Source: Polyangiaceae bacterium (GTDB taxonomy: Bacteria; Myxococcota_A; Polyangia; Polyangiales; Polyangiaceae). Taken from it: a DNA stretch of 64,000 nt. Positions 57,393-64,000 of the stretch are shown one piece after another. The stretch's first letter is position 1, and each line of letters starts with the position of its first letter. The notes beneath the pieces were generated by a model that did no database searches, was not told the DNA's origin, and saw only the letters and a program-made list of their open reading frames with translations. Location: contig JBILLK010000003.1 of assembly GCA_044376115.1 (NCBI GenBank), positions 256,001 through 320,000 of the forward strand, read 5' to 3'. A program made the position numbers and the translations under genes.

Positions 57393-60300
57393 CGCGAAGC
57401 CGCTCGCGCCGCTGTGCGAAGGATGGCGTCGCTCAGCTCCGCTAGCCCGTACGGCTTCTGCATGATCTCGCGAATTCCGAGCCCTCGAGCGGCCTCACGT
57501 TCGCCTTCGTTCAGTTCCGCGGTCACGAGCAGAATCGGCAGCTCGGGGCGGAGCTCGAGCATCGAGCGGGCCAGCGCGAGCCCTTGCATATCGTGCAACC
57601 CTGTGTCGGCGACCAACACGTCAAAGTCGAACGGGTCGCTTGCAAAGGCAACCAAGGCCTCTTTGGCGTCGTGGTGTCCGGAGACCGAGTAGCCAAGCTT
57701 CCCGAAGAACCGCGAGGCAGCACGCACCAGCGCCGGCTCTCCGTCCACCACCAGGATGCGCTGACCAGGACTAACTTGCGCCAGCGGTCGCGATGGACTC
57801 ACCGCGTCGGTCAAGCCCTCCACCGTGGGGAGCAACAAGGTGAAGGAAGCTCCTTCGCCAGGCAGACTTTCTACCGTCACGTTGCCGTCGTGATCACGCA
57901 TGATGCCGTGCACCATCGCTAGCCCGAGCCCAGTTCCCTTGCCAGCTGGCTTGGTGGTGAAGAACGGCTCGAAGATGCGCTGGAGCGTGCGTTGGTCGAT
58001 GCCCGAGCCGGTGTCGCTTACGACGATCCGTGCATAGCGTCCCGGTCGCAATTGATCGGGGTTCTCGCTGGCGACCACCGAGACCTGATCTTGGATGATG
58101 GTGATTCGGCCCGGTTGGCCGTTGAGCGCGTGCCAGGCGTTGGTTCCGAGGTTCATCAACACCTGTTGCAGCTGATTGACGTCTGCGAACACCTTCGGCG
58201 AGCTTGGCTCGAGCGTGATGGAGAGTTCAGCGCCTGCTGGTAGCAGGGTGCGCAGCAGCGCGACGGCTTGCTCCAACGGGCGGTGCAACGGGATCAACGC
58301 TTTTTGCGTCTCCTCCTGGCGACTAAAGGCGAGGATGCGCCGCACCAATTGGGTTGCGTGGTCCGTTGCGAACCCGATCTCATCGAGGAAGTCGTCGGCC
58401 TTTGCGTTGGCCTGAAGGGAATCCCGAGCCAACTCGAGGTTCACGACGATGGTGGCGAGCACATTGTTGAAGTCGTGCGCGATGCCACCCGCCAGGGTGC
58501 CCATCGCCTCCATCTTTTGCGACTGCAACAGCTGCGCTTCGAGCAGGCGTCGACGCTCCTCGGCCTGTAGGCTGTCGGTCAGGTCACGGATCGTCGTGAC
58601 GACCCAATTGCCCTCCTGAACGAGCATCGGCCTGAATCGTACTTCGGCCGGAAATGGGCTGCCGTCGAAGCGGCGCGCATCCGAGCGCATGCGCTTGGAG
58701 GTGGTTCCCGAGGAGCGCTCGCGGAAGCGCAACGCCGGTTCAACGGGCAGGGCCTTCGGCGGTAACAGCTTGTCCAGGCTGGTCCCCAGCAGTTGCTCGC
58801 GCGTGCAACCGAACAGTCGACAGCTCTGCCGGTTGGCCATGCGGATCTGGTTGGTCTCGTCCACCATCAACGTTGCATCGGGTGAGTGTTCGAAGAAGTC
58901 CTCGAACCGCGCGTGGCCGCGACGACGCCCAAGCTCAGCGCCGACGGGCACCGCAAACAGGCGGAGCAATGCGGCTGTTCGCTCTGGATGTCGAAGTTGC
59001 TGTGAGCTCATCACCGCGAGCACCCCCATCGGTTGGTGCTGGGCGTCGTACAGTGCGACGCCGGCGCAGCCCTCCACCTCGAGCCGCGTCAGCAGGTCAC
59101 ACGTCGGAAAACGAACGCGGGATCCCTCCGGGACAATGGCTTCACCGCTTTTCAGGATCTCTTCGCACACGGTGCCCGCGAGTTCAAAATCGGGAGGCAG
59201 ATCATGGCTGCCGCGGCGAATGAAACCGCGCGGCCTGATCGACGAGCCCCCGCTGCCGTAGAGCAAGCCGAGCATCACGGTCTCAGCGCCCAACAGCGAA
59301 GCAAGCTCAGCGACGACGCCAGAAAAGAAATCCGCGTTGCTCAGGCCAGTGAGGTTGTTCGATAGGAAGTGAAGGGCGCGCTCGTTCAAGCGGCGGTCGG
59401 TGATGTCGCGGAACAGCACCTGTTTGCCGATTCGTTCGCGACCCTGGACCACCGTGGTGATGGTTGCTTCCAGCGCGAGCTGTGAGCCGTCTGCGCGCAG
59501 AAATTCGTAAGCGATTCGTTGCTCGAGCTCACCATCATTGCTCGCGATTTGCTCGAAGAACCCGCTGGGCAAAAGCGGCCCGAGCACGCTCCGATCCGGA
59601 CGACCAAAGGGCAGACCAAACAGCGCGAAGAACTGCTTGTTCGCGTAAACGAGCGCTCCGAGTGCATCAAAGACCACCAGCGCGTCACCGATGTGGCTCA
59701 CCACCCGCTCGAAGTGATCGCGCAGCCGCGTCAGCTCCAGCTCGCTCCGTTTGCGATCGGACACGTCCTGCAACGCGCCGGTGAAGAGCAATGGCTTGCC
59801 CTCCTCATCGCGAGTGACCTCGGCAGAAATGGCAAGGTGAACGACCTCCCCGTCGGGGCGAACGATGCGAAACTCACCGTTGGTCTTTGCGCTGCCGTTT
59901 ACGGCCTGCTCGCGTCGCTCGATCGCCCAACGATCATCGGGATGTACCAGTCGGTCGAAGGCGGCGGTGTGCTCGGTGGGCTGGAGGTCCTCCTTCTTCA
60001 AACCGTAGATGCGGTAGAGTTCGTCGGACCACCAAGAGGCTTTGGTACGCAGGTTGAGCTCAAAGCTGCCGACGCGTGCCAGGCGCTGAGCGCGTTGCAG
60101 GATCCCCTCGCTGCGCCGAATGGCTTCTTGCGCCTGCCTCGCGTCGGTTACGTCGACCACCGACACCACGATCAGCTCGACCTGGCCGTTTGCGTCGTGG
60201 AGCGGGACCGCGTCGAGCAAGGCCCAGCGCCGTTCTCCATCCGCACGCTCGAAGTGAGACTCAATGCGGCGCTCCGGCTCATTCGTCGAGAGCACCCGCC

Positions 60301-60940
60301 TCAGCGTGCGCTCCGCCTCGGGCAGCGGGCTACCATCCGCTTGCAAGGGCTTGATGAAGTCGCGGATGCGACGCCCAGCCATGTGCGCGGCAGCCGCGCC
60401 GTAGATCCCGGCCGCCACTTCATTGCATTCGACTACGAGCCCTTGCGGATCGAGGACGAGCACGCCGCAACCGAGCGCACCGTACACACGGCGAATCCAC
60501 GTGTCCGCTTCGGCGCGAGCCCGAAAGCGATGCCGAGACTCGCGCAGATTCTTAAGCAGCAGCAGGTTTCGAACGGTTTCGGCGAGCTCGAGCTCGTCGA
60601 CAATTGCGTCAACACCGACGAGCAAAGCGGCTCGCCGCAGTTCCTGGTGACCGATGGGGATCACGAGGAGCACCGGCAGCGAAGGGAAGCGTTCGCGCAA
60701 CTCGCCGCAGAAGCTCACGCCCTCAGGCTCGCACCCGGCCCACTCCACAATGGCCAAAGTGCACCCTTGTAAGGTGATGACCTCGCAGGCCTCCGCCACC
60801 GTTTTCGCCGCGAAGGTCAGATGCTGAAGCTTTTGCAGACTCGCGGCGAAGCGCTCGACTTCGCGCGCAACCACCACGAGCTTCTCGACCTGCTCGAGCG
60901 AGTCCCTTGCTTGTGGCGGCGTGGGGGTTGGGGGCGTCAT
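57389..60940 (-). CDS. Multi-PAS/GAF hybrid sensor histidine kinase
   Basis: Pseudo-REC, three PAS, GAF, PAS, AHDFNN H-box, DTGSG, FFTTK, GTGLGL, C-terminal REC. Confidence 0.92.
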   Translation of the reverse strand: MTPPTPTPPQARDSLEQVEKLVVVAREVERFAASLQKLQHLTFAAKTVAEACEVITLQGCTLAIVEWAGCEPEGVSFCGELRERFPSLPVLLVIPIGHQELRRAALLVGVDAIVDELELAETVRNLLLLKNLRESRHRFRARAEADTWIRRVYGALGCGVLVLDPQGLVVECNEVAAGIYGAAAAHMAGRRIRDFIKPLQADGSPLPEAERTLRRVLSTNEPERRIESHFERADGERRWALLDAVPLHDANGQVELIVVSVVDVTDARQAQEAIRRSEGILQRAQRLARVGSFELNLRTKASWWSDELYRIYGLKKEDLQPTEHTAAFDRLVHPDDRWAIERREQAVNGSAKTNGEFRIVRPDGEVVHLAISAEVTRDEEGKPLLFTGALQDVSDRKRSELELTRLRDHFERVVSHIGDALVVFDALGALVYANKQFFALFGLPFGRPDRSVLGPLLPSGFFEQIASNDGELEQRIAYEFLRADGSQLALEATITTVVQGRERIGKQVLFRDITDRRLNERALHFLSNNLTGLSNADFFSGVVAELASLLGAETVMLGLLYGSGGSSIRPRGFIRRGSHDLPPDFELAGTVCEEILKSGEAIVPEGSRVRFPTCDLLTRLEVEGCAGVALYDAQHQPMGVLAVMSSQQLRHPERTAALLRLFAVPVGAELGRRRGHARFEDFFEHSPDATLMVDETNQIRMANRQSCRLFGCTREQLLGTSLDKLLPPKALPVEPALRFRERSSGTTSKRMRSDARRFDGSPFPAEVRFRPMLVQEGNWVVTTIRDLTDSLQAEERRRLLEAQLLQSQKMEAMGTLAGGIAHDFNNVLATIVVNLELARDSLQANAKADDFLDEIGFATDHATQLVRRILAFSRQEETQKALIPLHRPLEQAVALLRTLLPAGAELSITLEPSSPKVFADVNQLQQVLMNLGTNAWHALNGQPGRITIIQDQVSVVASENPDQLRPGRYARIVVSDTGSGIDQRTLQRIFEPFFTTKPAGKGTGLGLAMVHGIMRDHDGNVTVESLPGEGASFTLLLPTVEGLTDAVSPSRPLAQVSPGQRILVVDGEPALVRAASRFFGKLGYSVSGHHDAKEALVAFASDPFDFDVLVADTGLHDMQGLALARSMLELRPELPILLVTAELNEGEREAARGLGIREIMQKPYGLAELSDAILRTAARAASR

Positions 60941-61786
60941 CTAGCGCAGCAACACCGCGTGGTGCTCGAGGTGGTCTTCGACGAAGGTGGAGATGAAGAA
61001 GTAACTGTGATCGTAGCCTTCGTGCATGCGTAGTTCGAGCGATTGCCCGCTGGCCTCGCAAGCCGCGCGCAAAAGCTCTGGCTTTAGCTCACGCTGCAAG
61101 AACTTGTCGGCGGTGCCTTGGTCCACCAGCAGCTTGCTTGGATGCTTCTTCCCCGACGCGAGCAAGGCGCAGGCGTCATAACGTTGCCAATCCGCCTCGT
61201 TCTCGCCGAGGTAGCGAGAAAAGGCCTTTTGGCCCCACGGGACCTGGCTGGGCGCGACGATGGGCGCAAAGGCGCTCACGCTGGCGTAGTCCTCCGGCTG
61301 AGACAGACCGATTGTCAGCGCCCCGTGGCCGCCCATCGAGTGGCCAAAAATACCGCGGCGATCCTTGGCAACGGCAAAGCGAGCCTCGACCAGGTCGCGC
61401 AGCTCTCGCGTGACGTAGCTGCGCATCTTGTAGGTCTCCGACCAAGGTGCCGCCGTCGCGTCGAGATAGAAGCCTGCTCCCACGCCGAAGTCCCACGACT
61501 CGTCATCCCCTGGGTAGCGCACGCTGCGTGGGCTCGTGTCGAGGGTGACGATGCACAAGCCAAGCTCAGTCGCAGCTTTGTACGCGCCGGACTTGTGAAC
61601 GAAGGTCTCCTCAGTGCAGGTGAGGCCAGCCAGGTAGTAGAGGACCGGCGGTGTTTCCCGCTTGGCGGGTAGGAAAACCGAGAACCTCATCGGCGAGGAT
61701 AGCCGCGAACTTTGGTGTTCGTAAAAGCCCAGCGTGCCGCCGAACAGCTTGTGTTCTGCGCGAGTGACGAGGTCCTCGGCGCTCAT
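60941..61786 (-). CDS. fghA: S-formylglutathione hydrolase
   Basis: YLAGLTC, DFGVGAGFY, GHSMGGHGA, DQG.AD.FL, GYDHSYFFI. Confidence 0.95.
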   Translation of the reverse strand: MSAEDLVTRAEHKLFGGTLGFYEHQSSRLSSPMRFSVFLPAKRETPPVLYYLAGLTCTEETFVHKSGAYKAATELGLCIVTLDTSPRSVRYPGDDESWDFGVGAGFYLDATAAPWSETYKMRSYVTRELRDLVEARFAVAKDRRGIFGHSMGGHGALTIGLSQPEDYASVSAFAPIVAPSQVPWGQKAFSRYLGENEADWQRYDACALLASGKKHPSKLLVDQGTADKFLQRELKPELLRAACEASGQSLELRMHEGYDHSYFFISTFVEDHLEHHAVLLR

Positions 61787-61787
61787 C

Positions 61788-62897
61788 TCAGAACTCCACG
61801 ACCGCGCGGATCGACTTGCCTTCGTGCATCAGATCGAAGGCCTCGTTGATGCGGTCGAGCGGGAGTTTGTGGGTGATCAACGTATCGATGTCGATCTTCT
61901 TCTCCATGTACCAGTCGACGATCTTGGGGACGTCGGTGCGCCCGCGAGCGCCGCCAAAGGCAGAGCCCTTCCAAACGCGCCCGGTGACCAGCTGGAACGG
62001 CCTCGTAGCGATCTCCTGGCCTGCGCCGGCGACGCCGATCACGACGCTCACGCCCCAGCCGCGGTGGCAGCACTCGAGCGCTTGGCGCATCAACTTGGTG
62101 CAACCGACGCACTCGAAGCTGTAATCGGCGCCGCCACCGGTGAGCTCGACCAAGTGGGCGACCAGGTCCCCCTTCACGTCGTTCGGGTTCACGAAGTGCG
62201 TCATGCCGAACTGCCTCGCGATCGCCTCGCGCGCCGGGTTGATGTCCACGCCGATGATCTTGTCGGCGCCGACGATGCGGGCGCCTTGGATCACGTTGAG
62301 GCCGATCCCGCCGAGGCCGAACACCACCACGTTGGCGCCGGCTTCAACCTTCGCGGTGAAGAGCACTGCGCCGACGCCAGTGGTGACGCCGCAGCCGACG
62401 TAACAAATTTTATCCAGCGGTGCGTCTTCACGAACCTTGGCCAGCGCGATCTCCGGCAGCACGGTGAAGTTCGAGAAGGTCGAACAGCCCATGTAGTGAT
62501 GGATCTTGGTCTTGCCGATCGAGAAGCGGCTGGTGCCGTCCGGCATCATCCCTTTGCCCTGCGTCGCGCGAATCGCGGTGCACAGGTTGGTCTTTCGGCT
62601 GAGGCAGGATTTGCAGCCGCGGCATTCGGGCGTGTAAAGCGGGATGACGTGATCCCCCTTCTTGAGCGAGGTCACGCCAACGCCGACATCGACCACGATT
62701 CCAGCCCCTTCATGGCCGAAAATGGCGGGGAAGAGGCCCTCAGGGTCCGCGCCACTGCGGGTGAATTCGTCGGTGTGACAGACGCCGGTGGCCTTCAGCT
62801 CGACCAGGACCTCCCCAGCCTTGGGACCCTCCAGGTCCACCTCCTCGATCACAAGCGGTTTTCCGGCCTCGTAGGCAACTGCTGCGCGGGCTTTCAT
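61788..62897 (-). CDS. frmA: S-(hydroxymethyl)glutathione dehydrogenase / class III alcohol dehydrogenase
   Basis: GVCHTD, GHEG, PLYTPEC..C..C, GLGGIG, RPFQLVTGR.WKGSAFGG. Confidence 0.96.
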   Translation of the reverse strand: MKARAAVAYEAGKPLVIEEVDLEGPKAGEVLVELKATGVCHTDEFTRSGADPEGLFPAIFGHEGAGIVVDVGVGVTSLKKGDHVIPLYTPECRGCKSCLSRKTNLCTAIRATQGKGMMPDGTSRFSIGKTKIHHYMGCSTFSNFTVLPEIALAKVREDAPLDKICYVGCGVTTGVGAVLFTAKVEAGANVVVFGLGGIGLNVIQGARIVGADKIIGVDINPAREAIARQFGMTHFVNPNDVKGDLVAHLVELTGGGADYSFECVGCTKLMRQALECCHRGWGVSVVIGVAGAGQEIATRPFQLVTGRVWKGSAFGGARGRTDVPKIVDWYMEKKIDIDTLITHKLPLDRINEAFDLMHEGKSIRAVVEF

Positions 62898-62989
62898 AGG
62901 CTGTACCTCGCGCCACCCTTAGCAGAGAACGGGGGTTCGAATCACGCGGGGTCTTGCAACAGAAGAGGTCCTCGGGAATAACGCTGCGG

Positions 62990-63274
62990 ATGCAGAAGAC
63001 AGTCATCCTGTCGGCGGAGACGCTTCGCAACTTGATTGAGGCGCACGCTTCGATGGCTGCTTGGTATTACGAGCTTTGGCGCGCCCACCGCGAAGGTGGT
63101 CCGGTGCTGCATCCAGACGAGGCGCGGCGAGCGGCCTTCGTGAAGAATGTCGCGCGGGAATTTCCCGAGCTAGCGGCAATTGCCGCCTCGGTCGACAAGC
63201 CGCGTCTTTACGTTCCGCAACCCGTCGTTGAACTACCAAAAGTGGTCCCCGCAAGCGGCGGGGCCGAAGACTGA
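62990..63274 (+). CDS. Hypothetical 94-aa protein
   Basis: ATG ORF filling the gap before kbl, protein-like composition. Confidence 0.55.
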   Translation: MQKTVILSAETLRNLIEAHASMAAWYYELWRAHREGGPVLHPDEARRAAFVKNVAREFPELAAIAASVDKPRLYVPQPVVELPKVVPASGGAED

Positions 63275-63298
63275 GCCTGCACACAGCAGAGGAGCATC

Positions 63299-64000
63299 AT
63301 GTTCGAGAACCAGCGCAGTCACTATCAAGCGATCTTGCAGGAAATCCGTGAGGCCGGGCTGGAGAAGCTCGAGCGAGTGATTCTCTCGCCGCAGGGAGCC
63401 GAGATCGAGAGCCGCGAAGCCGGGGCTGAGAGCGGCTCGTCGAGCGTGCTCAACTTTTGCGCCAACAACTACCTTGGGCTTTCCTCCCACCCCACGCTGA
63501 TTGCCGCCGCTAAGCAGGCGATCGACACGCACGGCTTCGGGCTGAGTTCGGTGCGCTTCATCTGCGGTACGCAGGACCTGCACAAGTCGCTCGAGTCGAC
63601 GGTCAGCAAGTTCTTCGGCTTCGACGACACGATCCTCTATTCATCCTGCTTCGACGCCAACGCAGGTCTGTTCGAGACGATGCTCGGTGAAGAAGACGCC
63701 ATCATTTCGGATGCGCTCAACCACGCCTCGATCATCGACGGCATCCGGCTTTGCAAAGCCGAGCGTCATCGTTACCCGAACGGGGACATGAACGCGCTCG
63801 AGGACGCGCTGAAGAAGACGGCCGGCAAGCGGTTGCGGCTGATCGCGACCGACGGCGTGTTCTCGATGGACGGCTACTTGGCCAAGCTCAAGGAGATCGT
63901 CGCGTTGGCGCGCCAATACGACGCGATGGTGATGGTGGACGAGTCCCACGCCACGGGCTTCATCGGCCCGACCGGCCGCGGCACCCCTGAGGAGATGGGC
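63299..64000 (+). CDS. kbl: Glycine C-acetyltransferase (2-amino-3-ketobutyrate CoA ligase), truncated by the window end
   Basis: SD GAGGAG; own translation gives [51 protein letters not shown]. Not in the supplied ORF track because it runs off the end. Confidence 0.93.
   Translation, partial: MFENQRSHYQAILQEIREAGLEKLERVILSPQGAEIESREAGAESGSSSVLNFCANNYLGLSSHPTLIAAAKQAIDTHGFGLSSVRFICGTQDLHKSLESTVSKFFGFDDTILYSSCFDANAGLFETMLGEEDAIISDALNHASIIDGIRLCKAERHRYPNGDMNALEDALKKTAGKRLRLIATDGVFSMDGYLAKLKEIVALARQYDAMVMVDESHATGFIGPTGRGTPEEMG

Noticed and set aside
62925..62960. GGGGTTCGAATC resembling a tRNA T-loop
   Set aside because: The T-stem does not pair (GGGGG vs CACGC) and there is no acceptor stem or cloverleaf.

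Overview
High-GC bacterial chromosome segment with about 58 densely packed genes. The gene content (DUF4388 response regulators, a Pro-rich Hanks-type Ser/Thr kinase, a GYF-like protein, many lipoproteins, PAS hybrid kinases) suggests a myxobacterium, probably Polyangiales; this is an inference. Housekeeping genes: purM, purD, purQ, aspS, mnmA, an RlmD-type methyltransferase, tilS, ftsH, ComF-family, frmA-fghA and a partial kbl. No rRNA, tRNA, CRISPR array, integrase or transposase was recognised. Most interesting: (1) an apparently all-exported cluster of a DUF2252 kinase-like lipoprotein, beta-barrel, lamin-tail lipoprotein and alkaline-phosphatase-superfamily enzyme (29.4-34.0 kb); (2) a stripped-down chemosensory cluster with a sensor-less, tip-divergent MCP and no CheR/CheB (14.4-19.1 kb); (3) a CarH-type B12 photoreceptor with pirin and a class II photolyase plus a candidate operator; (4) a degenerate EAL protein; (5) formaldehyde-detoxification genes abutting a PAS/GAF hybrid kinase; (6) a 62-aa Cys-rich gene overlapping both the RlmD-type gene and tilS. 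All family calls come from motif recognition by eye, not from database searches, and many start codons are estimates.
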